This document shows, piece after piece, positions 24,887 through 38,700 of a DNA stretch of 64,000 nucleotides. The position numbers and the translations under genes are program-made. Under the pieces are notes generated by a model. It searched no databases. It had not been told where the DNA came from and saw nothing but the letters and a program-made list of their open reading frames with translations. Source of the stretch: Azolla caroliniana (Eukaryota; Plantae; Polypodiophyta); the NCBI GenBank assembly GCA_043228905.1, contig JBHGNT010000016.1, positions 14,012,001 through 14,076,000 on the forward strand. The letters are read 5' to 3'. The first letter of the stretch is position 1; every line of letters starts with the position of its first letter.

Positions 24887-26020
24887 ACCAATATTCTTCC
24901 AGAGGATGTCATCACTCGTCTCTTCATCAAAGTTATTGTCTAGACTCATGTCTATAAAATACCTTATGCATGCGGCCACCTCAGATGCATGACTTCCCAA
25001 GTCGATGCATCAATCTTGTCTGGTTTGGTCTTGCCGATGCATTCACCTGCTCTAGGGATAGATGCTTCCCTTCCGGTCCGGTGTTGCCCAAAGTGACAAT
25101 GACCATCTCCCAACTGTCCGGTATGGACCCCAACAACAACAATGCTAATATGTCATTGGTAAGAGGTACTTCTAGAGAGTTGGTTTGATTGATCAATCCC
25201 TGGAAGACATTCAGATACTCTTGAACATTACGCCTATCTTCTTCCAGAGGACGTCGTCACTCATCTCTTCATCAAAGTTATTGTATAGACTCATGTCTAT
25301 GTCTATAAAACACCTTATGTATGTGGCCGCCTTCAAATGCATGACTTCCCAAGTCGATGCATCGATCTTGGGTTTTGTCTTGCCGTATTGCACTAGCAAC
25401 CACAGGTCTTTGCACACTAACATGTCCCGCATCTTTGACTTCCACATTGAATAGTTGGAGTCGGTTAACTTGAACATTCCACCAAAATGTTCGTCCATCG
25501 CTCTAATACCACTTTGTTGGGAATCAACTGGCCATAACCGGTTAATGTTCGTGTGTATATGCAGGTGTAAAGATCGAGAATGACAAGAAATACAGTATAC
25601 AAAAAAACACAAGTGCAGATACACAATATATTTAACGTGGAAAACCTGAATAGGGAAAAACCACTTGGAGTCCACAAACTCCAAACAAAATGACTAGGGT
25701 AAGAGGAATATAATGAGAAACTTCAAGGCAACGGCCTTAAGCTCTCCTTTGTCTGATAGAGAGATGATTACAGTGTAGAGACTCACTAACTCTCTCACTC
25801 TGTCCCAATCTAGTTATAGAGGCAACTACCTTCTACAACTATACAACAATGATAAACTCAATCCCTTCATAATGATTACCCTAAGTGTATATATACTGTG
25901 GTGTGCATGTGTTCGTTCCTTTGTGCCACCCTTTTAGCACACCCTTTTTAGGATGCATGTACCTAAGCCGACCCACCCTTTTAGCACACCTTTTTTAGCT
26001 AAGCCAACCCAAATGGGTAC
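24887..26020 (-). mobile_element. Copia 5' LTR, PBS and gag start (with internal gag duplication)
   Basis: LTR 3' end ...CCCAACA at 25515, PBS TGGTATTAGAG (25511-25501), gag MDEHFGGMFKLTDSNYSMWK; LTR 5' limit uncertain. Confidence 0.8.
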
Positions 26021-28161
26021 CATTGTATCACTATAAATTGAGTAAGAAGTAAGACGCTAACTAGGTTGGTTTTGATCTCTTATGTGCATGTTGTTCGGTC
26101 GGCACTCAACTCCATCACCGAAACTCAGTATATACAAGCGTTATACTCTGAACGTTCTATCAGAGAATTGTAGAGTATGAATGGATTAGACTTTGTTAAT
26201 CATGTACTATGATACGATATTTTGTATCATGATCGGTTCTGTTAGTTAATATAGATATAGTAGAACAACATATAGATTTCTAAAATGTCAACACCAGTGC
26301 TTTGAGTTCTACAACTAACAAAACTATATTAACTAAAACAGACGACCTTTTTACAATGCCTTCGGTTCCTTTTATAGGTAACCATAAAGGCTTTCTCATC
26401 AAGAAATACATATTGCCTTACTGGCAAGAACTACACAACTTATAACTAACTTAATATTCGGTAATTTATTATTTTGGCAAAATGCTGACTCATTGATCCT
26501 ACCTCGACTCCGACTTCGACGCTTCTACACTTGTCCGACAGCCCCTTGTCCGGGTAACACTTGGCACGCCCGTGGGCCTTGCCTTGCCCAGTCGAACCCA
26601 CGACGACAGATTACTCCTGTTGGTTGGATTGAGGGTCCTCCTCTTCTTCTACATCATCCTACAAAATGTCAAACAACGATGGTTCGACTTCGTCTTCCTC
26701 GGAGTCCATTTTGTTAGTTTCTTCTTCATCAGCTTCTTCTTGATCAATGGTATGGGTTGTGGTTGGTGGTTGTGAGGATGTTGTGGCACCAAGCTTAGGT
26801 GTTTGCCTTTTTCTTCCTTGTTCATACCCATCTAATTGCATAGAGGTGTCGATTTCGTGTTTATCAAATTCTTGCATAAGCTAGCTTATTTCTTCTCGAT
26901 GTGCTGCTGTCATATCATACAAGTCACGGGAAATTTCTTCTTGTATAGTCGAAATTGTCTCTTCCGTCAGTTTGAAAAATCTGGTCCCTTGTGTTTTCTG
27001 GTTATCCCTTGTTAAGAAATGGAGTCTGTGGTGATTGCAATGCAGTGGAAGATGAGAGACTATGTGTGTGTATGTGTGTAGCAATAGAGAGAGAGAGAGT
27101 GAGCTCAAGACAGAGATAATAAAACTGTATATTACATAAGACTTCCAACAACAACTAAGTTACAATGTGTTGGTTTATATACCAACTAAGCTAGGGCAAG
27201 CGCCCTTTCTACTATCTACACAACTAGCCTGGTATGTCCATGGGTTAGTGTGAACCTATGGGAAGTTGAGTTCGATTCTCAACACGCCCCTTCGAACACA
27301 ACTTCCATCTGTTCGGTTTGAAGTTCGGCGTACATATCTGCGTAACAATGTGTACTCTGCGTACTCCCCCTCAAGCTCGGCAATGTAGGCGTCATGAGAC
27401 CAAGATTTGATGCGAATTGCTCGAGCTTGTCCACTCCTAAGGCCTTCGTAAATATATTAGCAACCTGGAGGTGCGTGCTAATATGTTGGAGATCGATTTC
27501 TCCGGCCTGTACGTGCTCACGGATGAAGTGGTAGTGCACTTCAATGCGTTTAGTCTGCGCGTGAAATACGGGGTTGCGCGCCAAGTAGATACTGCTCATG
27601 TTGTCGCAGTACAAGCGTATTGGATCTTTGATGGGAATGCCCAGATCCTTTAGTACGCGCGTAAGCCATAGGGCTTCACATGCGGCGACTACCGCACCCC
27701 TGTATTCGGCTTCTGTGCTCGACAATGCGACTGTCGGTTGTTTCTTACTGCTCCAGGAGATCGCTCCGCTGCAGAGGGAGAAGACGAATCCGGATGTGGA
27801 TCGTCTATCTACTTTGTATCCTGCCCAGTTCGCGTCTGTGTACCCTCTGAGTCGAACAATCGTATTCGACTTATATAAGATGCCGTGATCCATTGTCGTA
27901 CTGACATACCATAGTATCCTCTTAGCACAATCGAGATGAAGGTTACACGGATTCTACATGAATTGGCTAAGTAGGCTGACCGAATAGCTTAGGTTGGGTC
28001 ACGTATGGTGAGATAGATCAAGCTACCGATTAGTTGGTGATAATGAGTTGGTTCAGTCTCGGCCGTGCCGGAACTGGCACCAATCTTGATATTGCGATCA
28101 AGAGGGGTAGACATAGGTTTGCACTCCGTCGTTCCGAATTTGTACAGTAAGTTGAGGACGT

Positions 28162-31100
28162 TGTCGCGAAGATGTGCGTGCGTGCGTGCTTCGCTTGAGC
28201 GGGACCACCGGGGTCTTGGACCGGGGAGGACGTTCGCGAAATTGTCGAAAAGATGACGATGTGTATGTAGGAATTGAGGAACCTAATGTCACACTTGAGA
28301 AGATCAAAGATTTTACACTTGAGAAGAAGATATATTTCGAGAAGAATATTAAGAAGAAGATTATATTGATGGTGATGATACTGATATCACATATTGAGCC
28401 CCCCCCCTTTACACAAGTCGTATTAGGGGTTTTATAGGTTTGTCCATGCACAAAACCATGGACTTGGAGCCATGGTTTCTATGCACACAGTTTTGCTTTG
28501 TGACATGCAGAAAACCATGGGCTTAAAACCATGGTTTTGTGTACACGGTTTTGTACATTCCTATGGAATACTGAATATGAGAAAGAAATATATTTTTTTG
28601 AACATTCAAAGCACTTAGTAGTAGCTTTAGTGGTAAGGTAATTGCCTTTTATCTTAGAGGTGCAAGGTTCAAATCCTACTTGCAACCCTTTACATGCACT
28701 CAATGCCATTGTGACCTAGGTTTATTTATTTTCATGCCATTGTGACCTAGGTTTATTTATTTTCAGTTTTACAAGTATTCGTGAAATGTGTGTGGATCCT
28801 CAATTTTTGACTTTTTCTCGCACTAGACATGCCACATCAAGACATCCACCCCCACCAAACCGCACATCCTCCGGTATGTGCCAAGAAGAAAAGAGTGATG
28901 TGGAAGGGTCAAAGGTGGTTGGTGTTTGATTCCTCCTTTCTTGCGCCTCGCCCGTACCATCTTTTTGTCGTCTACTTCGAACTGTCGTTGCCATCAGATC
29001 CAACATATCATTCGCTCACATTTTTTATTGCCATGTCTAGTTGTCATGGCTCCCTTTGCTCCTCCCAAGCATAACACTTCATGCCTCGTGCATGTGCCAC
29101 CTTCATCTCGGCCATCTCCTTGGTCACCTAACTTTCCTTTATCATCATTTCTCGTCTCATGCTTGCCTTTCTATGCTCACTAGCCTCGACCGGGTGTCGC
29201 GGCTCGTCTGCTTTGACCTCCGTCTAGGCCGGTTCAACTTCTGTCTGTCTCGACCAATCAACTTCTGGCTTGGTCGGCCTTCGTCCGGATTCGCATTCGG
29301 CCGAATTGGACTCAGACGATTGACTTTCGTTCGGGCCAGTTTCCATCCGGTTTTCGGTTGGGTCAGGCCTAGTTGATCAACTCTCGTTCGGGTCGGCTTC
29401 CGTTCCGGTCGGAATACCAACCACGTCATCTTCCATCTGGATTGTATTCCGGTTCTTCCTTGCTTGCCGCTATCTGGCTCTTCATTGAACTGTATTGTAG
29501 CTTTGTTTTTGGCGTCCTTGTTGGCCACCGTTCCTTTGTATGCACTGGCTTCGACCCTCATCTCCTCGCCGCCACCTTCCATCTCTCTGGTCTTATGTTC
29601 GCTCTTGGGCACAACTGCTGAAGTCTCCAGAACCGGTGTGGAGGGATTCCTTCATCTATGGCCATCCTCCTCATCGTCGTTTCGGTCCTTCGATTTCCAG
29701 CCGCCACCTTCCATCTCTCCGGTCTCACATTGACACTCAGGCACAACTGCCGAAGTCTCAAGAACATTTGTGGGGAGAACCTTGGCTCCATCGGTCACCG
29801 TCGACTCATCCATGTTATTATTCGCATTGGCTTCCCCACCACTTTCCGTCTCTTGGGTCTCATGTTGGCTCTCGAACACAACTGCCCAAGTCTCTAGATC
29901 AAGTATTGGGAAACTCTCGACACGACCATCCGACGTGGACTTGTCCATAGCCATCTCTGACTCGATGTCGTTCCTCATGGCTACCGCCTCAATCACGTCA
30001 GCATCACACTCTTTATCTCCCTTGATTACACAAGCTTTGCTCATGCTTGCACCTTCATCACTTGATATTTCGTACACAACATGTGTTCCGAAATGCTCGT
30101 CCACTCTTAAAGCAACATTTCCCGCTCTCGAGTCTTCGGCCTTTCTCTTGACCGTCGTTCCTCCGTAAGTCGAGAAGATGGCTTGTTTCACACCTTCTCC
30201 CGTGGTATTCTCATAAAAAACTTGAGCCTTTGTATCGGTCACTTCATTAACCCATATTTCTTGGGAGGTCTCTTTTTCCTCGATCACCGTTCTCCTTGGT
30301 TTTCGCTCCATTTTAAGCCCCTCTTTAGCATCACCTTGCACCTTTAAGTTCTTGAATGCTTCTCTCCTTAAGGCTTCTATGTTGAGTATCGAATCTTCCC
30401 TCTTCGAGTTTTCTTCCTTCGGTGGTGGTGTATTGCATCCCGTTCTCCTTTGAACATCCCTCATGGGTCGTGTTGTTGTCGACGAGAATCTCGTTTTCCT
30501 CTCGTCGTGTTATCGGCATACCCTTTCCACTTTGGCCCAATCCTCGATGAGGCCATTTGCACTATCGTCATCCTCGAGTTGGATTCCAATGGCCGTCCTT
30601 ACATTCCAATCAATCGACTTGACGAACATTAAGACTTTATTTGCCCCCACCAATCCTTGTTCCCGCTCCGAGAGTTGAGCGAACCGACACTCAAACTCAA
30701 TGAATGCATGCATAACACTTTGGTGGGTCTTCCTCGATGACACCCATTGGTCAAAATTGTATAGAGTTTGTCCCTTCGGTCTCTCATAGCCATATGCCTC
30801 CAATAGAGCCTCCTTGAAAGTCACCCATGAATCATGAGCTTCTTGAAGCTCTTTTACCTCTTTCTAGTTCGGTTCAGCCACCACCCGACAAAAGTACTCC
30901 AGCCTCGTAGCTTCTTTTACACCTCTCGAATCCATCTTGGCATTATAGGTGTCTAAAAAATTTTGGACTATGCCCCGTCGAAATAGCCGACTCGTTCGAC
31001 CACGCTTTCGACCACTTGTTGGGCCGCATCTCGTCTTTTACTTTCTCTCGAAAATTCCATCATCATCTTTGACATTGCCTTCATGAGATATTCCTCGTCC

Positions 31101-31699
31101 ATCTTCATCCTCCCTTGCCACTCTTCACGTCGGGTTCACCAAAAGATGTCGAGAAGAATATTATATTGATGGTGATATTGATATCACATATTGAGGCCCC
31201 CCCCTTTACACAAGTCGTACTAGGGGTTTTATAGGTTTGTCCATGCACAAAAACCATGGGCTTGGAGCCATGGTTTCTGTGCACACAGTTTTGCTTTGTG
31301 ACATGCAGAAAACCATGGGCTTAAAATCGTGGTTTTGTGTACACGGTTTTGTACATTCCTACGGAATATTGAATATGAAAAAGAAATATAAAACATATAA
31401 AGCACTTAGTAGTAGCTTTAATGGTAAGGTAATTGCCTTTTATCTTAGAGGTGCAAGGTTCAAATCCTACTTCCAACCCTTTACATGCACTCAATGCCAT
31501 TGTAACCTAGGTTTATTTATTTTCAGTTTTACAAGTATTCGTGAAATGTGTGTGGATCCTCAATTTTTGACTTTTTCTCGCACTAGACATGCCACATCAC
31601 GACATCCACCCCCACCAAACCGCACATCTTCTGGTATGTGCCAAGAAGAAAAGAGTGATGTGGAAGGGTCAAAGGTGGTTGGTGTTTGATTTCCTCTTG
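28162..31699 (-). mobile_element. Non-autonomous/deleted LTR element with tRNA-Trp PBS and gag remnant
   Basis: Direct repeats about 28336-28930 and 31149-31690; PBS TGGTGAACCCGACGTGAA (31141-31124) complementary to the plant tRNA-Trp 3' end; gag-like ORF 30510-30824; boundaries approximate. Confidence 0.65.
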
Positions 31700-32347
31700 A
31701 CTGGTGTCCAAATTACTTCAATACCTAGGAAGTAATGAAGTTCGTGCAGGTCTTTCATTTCGAATCTGCCGGAAAGAAGTGATTTAACTTTGTTAACCTC
31801 GCCTAGATCCTTTCCTCCAATGACCAAATCATCCACGTACAAGATAATGATTATCGGGCTATCCGACTCGTTTCGGATGTATAGGGAAGTGTCGGACTTT
31901 GACATCCGAAATCCGACTTGATGAAGATATTGCGTGATTTTCGAATGCCAAGCACGCGGTGCTTGTTTGAGACTGTAAAGTGGCTTCTTGAGTCGGCATA
32001 TGGCGTGCGGATGTTTACGCGATTCGAATCTAGGTGGTTGTATCATATACAGTTCTTCTTCTAGCTCTCCTTGGAGGAAGGCATTTTTCACGTCCATCTG
32101 GTGGAGGTGCCACCCTTCCGCTGCGGTGAGTGCAATTACGGTTCGTACTGTGGTCATCTTTGCCACCGGGGCAAAGGTCTCTTCGTAGTCTACACCGTGT
32201 GTTTGCACATATCCTTTTGCAATGAGCCGTGCTTTGAAGCGATTTACAGAGGTGTCGACATTATGTTTCACTTTGTAAATCCACCTAAAGCCGATTGGTT
32301 TCTTGTTCGGGGGATGAGGAATGAGATCCCATGTCTCGTTTTTACAT

Positions 32348-32437
32348 CGACTTATCAATTTGTCTGGTAAATTGCTTGGTGCTCATGTGGCTCACACCGG
32401 ATTGATCGTATTTTGGGCCGGAGCAATGAATTTATTT
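32348..32437 (+). pseudogene. psbC: Nuclear plastid DNA fragment of psbC (CP43)
   Basis: Translates [30 protein letters not shown], matching CP43; lies between Copia codons MEVL and CKNETW. Confidence 0.93.
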
Positions 32438-33047
32438 AACACTTCCATTTCCTCATTCATCACATTAACCCATCGCGGATCCTTCACGGCTTCAGAAAGC
32501 GTTTCTGGCTCCCGTACTGACGCTGCCTTCATCATGAAGGCATAATGATACGCTAAGTACTCGTCATAGCCATAACAGTTTACGGGGTTCTTCTCACACG
32601 TAGATCGGCGTGGCTTGTCGTTTGTGGACTCTAGACGTTTCTTCACGCTGTTTGTGTGAATGTCAAGGCCTTCAAATTCACTATCAAGATCGAAATGATC
32701 TTCGTATTCCTGCATTTTCGCCTTGCCTTTGTCTAGCTTTGGACTTGGCCGAAATGTGCTTTTATCACTTGGGGGCTCTTGCGGTCCACTCAGCCATGTC
32801 GTAGTTGGGCTGTCTTCGAACATTTGTGTGAGCCGACCTCGACTTCTATTCTATTTTCGGTGTCATCCGCGTCGAGCGGAGTCGAAGTATTCTCTGGTGC
32901 GTACCAAGATGCAGACTCGTCGAAGACTACGTCTCGATTGATGCGAAATTTTCGGGTAGATGGGTTGTAGCATTTGTACCCCTTTTGTTCGAGCGAGTAT
33001 CCCATGAGGATACATTTCTCCAACTTTGGATCGAGCTTTTGCCGCGT

Positions 33048-34000
33048 TGTCGTGAAGATTTTCGGCAATAGTGTGAAAATCCTATAAAACGTACGAAATC
33101 AAGTATGAATCACGTAGTACAATAACTGTGAAGATAACATTTTAAATAGATTTAATATCTAAGTACAAAATGATGGAGGTTTCGAATGCACTTTATTACA
33201 CGAGAAACGGACAACTAAATGTCAAGATATGAGGGTATAAAGTTTGTGAAAAGAAAAGAGAAAATTGTGAGATATCCCACATAGGCACGACAAATACGGC
33301 TCTCATCATATATAAGGTGGAGCAAAAGATATTATCTTTGTGTCTATGTGTGGAGCATAGAGAGTTCAAGGTAACTTGAACTAAGAGTGGAGGTGGCTAG
33401 CTACTCGTAAAGGGTTTTGGCCAACCAAAACCGGACCGGCGATGGAGCCGGTGATCCGACGACATCCGGCGGCGGCACCGGTATCCGGCGATAAAATAAA
33501 TATATAAATATATATATACATATACAAGGAGGGCAAGTATGGATTCGAACCTTGCACCTCCAACCAAGTTAGGAGTCAAATGGCTTACCATTAAGCCATG
33601 GCATTTAGTTAAAATTATATTTTTATCATTGTACTTTTACATGTAAATTCTCATACATGAGAGCTAAAATGAGTGACATGGTTAGCATGCACCACATGTA
33701 ATACTTAAGCGCCAAATGGCAAACATGCAATTTATGCATGTCTTGTACCCTCACATGCATCATATGCATGAGAGCATCTATAAAAGAGGGAAGGGTGAGG
33801 AAAAAAAACACGGGTTTTTTTTATGAAAATTAAGAAGAAGAAATTCGTTATCAAATCAATCGTGTAATCTCATCTTCTCTCTTTCCCAATCTATCTTAAG
33901 TACTTTCTCGCCAAAGCTTGTATCGACTCTAAATCCTTCTGGTCCAGAACCCCGGCGGTTCCGGCTCACGATCCGAGCGTAGTGACAGATCTTCACGACA
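33048..34000. mobile_element. Solo LTR-like insertion (953 bp)
   Basis: 12-bp inverted termini TGTCGTGAAGAT...ATCTTCACGACA; 4-bp TSD GCGT; removal restores Copia IPDDTRQKLDPK. Confidence 0.8.
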
Positions 34001-35745
34001 GCGTATCGTCGGGAATGTGTACATATGCGATTGAGCCGAAAATGCCGACATGTGATAAGTTCGGCTTCTTCCCGAAAAACTTCTCATGTAGAGTTATGTT
34101 GTGTACTCCTGAGGTTGTGCACCCGTTCTTGGGGTATATGGCCATATTTGCCGCTTCTGCCCAGTATGATTTCAGCAAGTCCTTCTCATTCATCATTGCT
34201 CGCGTGACTTCGAAAATGTGCCTGTTTTTCTGCTCTGCTACGCCGTTTTGCTGAGGCGTATATCGGCACGGGAATTCTCGTCATATTCCTGCTTTTTGGA
34301 GATACTCCGTGAACTCATCCGAAAAGTATTCTTTACCTCCACCTGATCGAAGGCAATGTACATGCCGACCCGTAGCTTTTTCTACTTCAGCTTTGAACTT
34401 CTGGAAGTGTCTGAACACTTCGCTCTTTTGTCTCATCGGGTAGATCCAGGTGTTCCTCGAGAAGTCGTCGATGAACGTGACATAATAATGACATCCGCCG
34501 AAGGTAGCCGTTTGGGCTGGTCCCCACACATCTGAATGTATTACATCCAGGATCCCTTTGCTCACATTCCACTCCTTAGAGAATGGGTGACGATGTTGCT
34601 TTCTGAATTGGCATGCTTTGCACACGCCCGTGATCTCCTTTGCCGTAATGTTCGGAAGTCTGATTACAATTCCTTTTGTCTGCATGTTCTGAAGCTTCTG
34701 GAAATTAATGTGGCCGATCCTCTTGTGCCACAATGTCAAGTCAGTTTCGACTTTTTGGCCCTTTGCGTACATGGCCGACTTTACCTCGCTCGACTCGAGA
34801 ATGAACATACGACCTTCACGACGGCCGTGGGCTACGATTCGATTGCCTTTTTCGATAAAACAACCGCCATTGTTGAATCATACTTGCATTCCTTGTTCGA
34901 CAATTTGATCTACTGAGATCAGGTTCTTTGTGATTGTTGGGACATGCAAGACGTTCTTGAGATAAGTTTGGTCCCTGTCATTTCCGAATGGGACATTCCC
35001 AATATGCTGTATTGAATGAGTCGTGTCATCGCCAGTCTCGACATATCTGGGCCGATCGGGTTTATGCAGTTCCTGGAACCAATCTTCATGAGACGTCATA
35101 TGGTTGGACGCACCTGAGTCAACAATCCATACACTATTTGAGGCGGAGGCGCTAGTTGAAGCCTGTGCAGACATTGAGTGTGCTTTATGCCTCATTACGA
35201 ACATTCCGTCACGATCGCCGTAGTCAGAATTTGTTGCATAGTTCGTGAGTTGTTGGCCTGCCTCACGTTTCTTCTTCCAGCACTCTTCTTCATAGTGGCC
35301 GGGTTTTCCGCAATACCTGCACTTGACTGGGTTTCGGCAATTGTTCGGTCCGACGTTATGGCTCCCCCTTCCGCCAAGCTCTCTGGGCCCGTTCTCGTCC
35401 ACTTGCCACTGGTGGGAGTTACGCCCTTGATTCCGCCGATCATTATGGCCTTGTCCGAAACGACCTCTATTTCCACGGCCGAAATTTCTTCTATTATCTG
35501 ACTGGGAGTAGAGCAAATGACCATCTGATGCGTTGCTCCTCTGTCGGGTGTGATTCTCTTCGACCAACAATATCGATTGAAGGTCGAAAAAGGAGGGAGG
35601 GTTCTCCCTTGCAAGAATGGCTGATCTAATCGCGCCGAAATGCGGTGCTAAGCCTTCGAGGCATATCTGCACCAGTTCATCATCATCAATGACGACGTTG
35701 ATCGATCCGACGGCGTCACATAGCTCCTTGATCTTCAAGGTATAG

Positions 35746-38700
35746 TATTATAGATCTAGATACTAATGTAAGCTTAAGATAAGGATAATGAAAAGATAGA
35801 TAGAAAGGAGAAAGAGAAAGAAGGGTGCCGATCCACCCGACCACCCCCGAGCGAAGGGATCGAGACGGACTCGAGCCTCGATCGGCGTCCCATACCACCG
35901 CCGTGGCGTCGAGTCGTACCTGGTGCTGGCGCGCTCGCTACAAGAGTTGACCCACCACACGAGCAGACTCTCGATGTAGTCAAAAGATGATCAAATGAGG
36001 GTAGCTAGGCCTCTTATTTATAGCGATACCCAAGGCCCCCAGGCAAGTTCACACTTGACCTAATGGGTTGTCTCAATCCCGAGGATTAAAAGTAATCCTC
36101 CCCTTCTTCACACTCTCGTTTAACCCTCACACTTATCCACGTGTATAGAATACTACGGTAAATTCTTACCACGGGATATTATATGGTCATGCCCGTAACA
36201 TACTCCCCCTCTTTAAAACATTGCACTCTTGCAATGGAAAGTTAGGGAAGTTAGTTCTAAGAGTATTTTCGCGTTCCCATGTGGCATCTTTTATTGATTT
36301 ATCCATCCATTTTATTTTAAATTCTCGGATTTCTTTAGTACGTAATTTTTTTGTTTTAACATCGAGAATTCTTTTTGGTACATGTGGTTTAGAAGATAAT
36401 TCTTCAGAAGTAACCAGAGTTTCAGTCGTAACTGTATTGTCGCCAGAACCTAGAAGTTCTTTTAGACGACTCACATGAAAGACTGGATGAATTCCAACAC
36501 CATCGGGAAGAGCGAGACGATAGGCTGATGACCCAATGCGTTTGAGGACTGTAAAAGGTCCACAAAACCGTGGGGCTAACTTAGCGCACTTACCCGTAGA
36601 CAATGTCTTAGAATTGTGAGGTACACGTAAAAATACCTTTTGTCCAGGGTTGAATACACGAGGTTGCCGATGATGATCGGCATAAAAACGCGCTCTATCT
36701 TGAGCTGTTTTTATATTATCTCGTGCAATATGCAACATATCTTGCATATCCCGAAGAAAGTTTTGCGTACTTCGCAACTCATCATGATGTATAGTAACAT
36801 CAATCGGGGCTCGTGGCTGAAAACCATACATCAACATAAAAGGACTATATCCCGTCGACGTATGCTTGGAGCTGTTATAAGCAAACTCCAAAATTGGGAG
36901 ATAACGTTCCCATTTTGTTGGTTTTGCACCAACGTATGCTCGAAGCATGTCCTCAATAATTTGATTTACTCGTTCTGTCTGTCCATCGGATTGAGGATGA
37001 TCCGTGGAGCTCATGCTCAACGTAGTTTCTAACTTCTTAAAGACTTGTTTCCAGAAGTCACTAGTAAACTTTGGATCTCGATCACTCACGATATCCATCG
37101 GTAACCCATAAAAACGAAACAATTCGTCAACGAATTGGTAAGCCAGTTCAGGAGCTGTTACCGTGGTTTTCGTAGCAATAAATCTGGCCATTTTAGTTAG
37201 TCGATCAACGACAACCCAGATGGCATCATGACCTTTTTGGGTGCGAGGAAGGCTAACAATAAAATCCATGGATATACTTTCCCACTTATTATTGGGAATG
37301 TCCAAGGGATGTAAAAGTCCTGCGGCTTTAAGTCGCTCGGATTTGTTAACCTGACACTGGTGACATTTAGTCACATAGCTATGTATGTCAGGACGCATCT
37401 TAGGCCAATAAAATTGAGTGGAGATGAGAACGAGTGTACGATGTATTCCAGGGTGCCCTGCTGAGGGTGCATCATGGCATTCAAAAAGAATCCTCTTTTT
37501 GACCTCGGGTAAATCTGGAACACAAACCTTCCCATTACGGTAGAGCAAACCGTTAGCAATGTGGAAGTATTCCTTCGAGGATGTGGTGGTGTCTGTTCCA
37601 GACTCAACTTTTGCCCAGTATTTTGCAAAATAACTGTCATCAGGATACTTTCCTCGAAGGTGATCATAAAGATCTGATGATATTTCAGTGAAGCTAAGCG
37701 TGTTAACTTCACGGATGCGACTTAGTGCATCAGCGACAATGTTCATGGAACCTTTACGATATCGTATGGAAAAATCAAAGTCCTGGATGAGATCAGCCCA
37801 TCGTGCCTTACGACCTTTCAGGTCTTGTTGGTCACAAAAATATTTCAAGAACTCGTGGTCCGTAGTTACCACAAAGTGATTTCCATAAAGATAATGGCGC
37901 CATGTTTTGAGCGCATGTATAACTGCAAATAATTCCTTTTCTTGAACGGTATACCGACATTGAGCAGAATCAAGTTTCTTACTCTCGAATGCTATTGGTT
38001 TACCATCTTGATACAAGACAGCACCTATAGCATAATCGCTTGCATCGGTTTCAACCTCAAAAGGTTTTGAAGGATCAGGTAAAAGAAGTGAAGGAGCCTT
38101 GCAAACTAGGTCCTTGAGTTCCTTAAATGCAAGGTCTAGTGTAGCATTCCACACAATAGGTTTTGTAGACTTACGTTTTTGACCTTTTAAAAGATCAGTA
38201 AACGGCGTCGTCAATTGGGAGTAATTACGAAGAGACTTTCGCAAAAACCCCACAAAACCAAGGAATGATCGAACTTCTCGAATATTCCGAAGAGTGGGCC
38301 AAAGCTTGATTTTCTCAATGCGAGAAGGATCAATTTCAACTCCTCGTTCGGTTATGAGATGTCCTAGATAAGTAATTGATTTCTTGAAGAACTCACATTT
38401 TGAGATCTTCGCATAAAACTGTTTGTCACGCAATGTTTGTAAAACAAAGCGGACATGTCTAGCATGTTCTTGTAATGTACGGCTATAAACTAAAATATCA
38501 TCCAAGAAAATAACGACAAATTTTCCAAGTTGTTCTCGGAAAATGTCATTCATTTCTTGTTGAAAAGTAGCCGGAGCATTGGTCAAACCAAAAGGCATAA
38601 CCAAAAACTCGTAATGGCCATAGCGCGTACGAAATGCCGTTTTAGGAACATCGTCCTCACTTATTCGTATTTGATGGTAGCCAGTACGGAGATCAAGTTT

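Noticed and set aside
28800-30678. Many overlapping short ORFs as novel genes
   Set aside because: Antisense or alternative frames of GC-richer retroelement sequence with no recognisable domains
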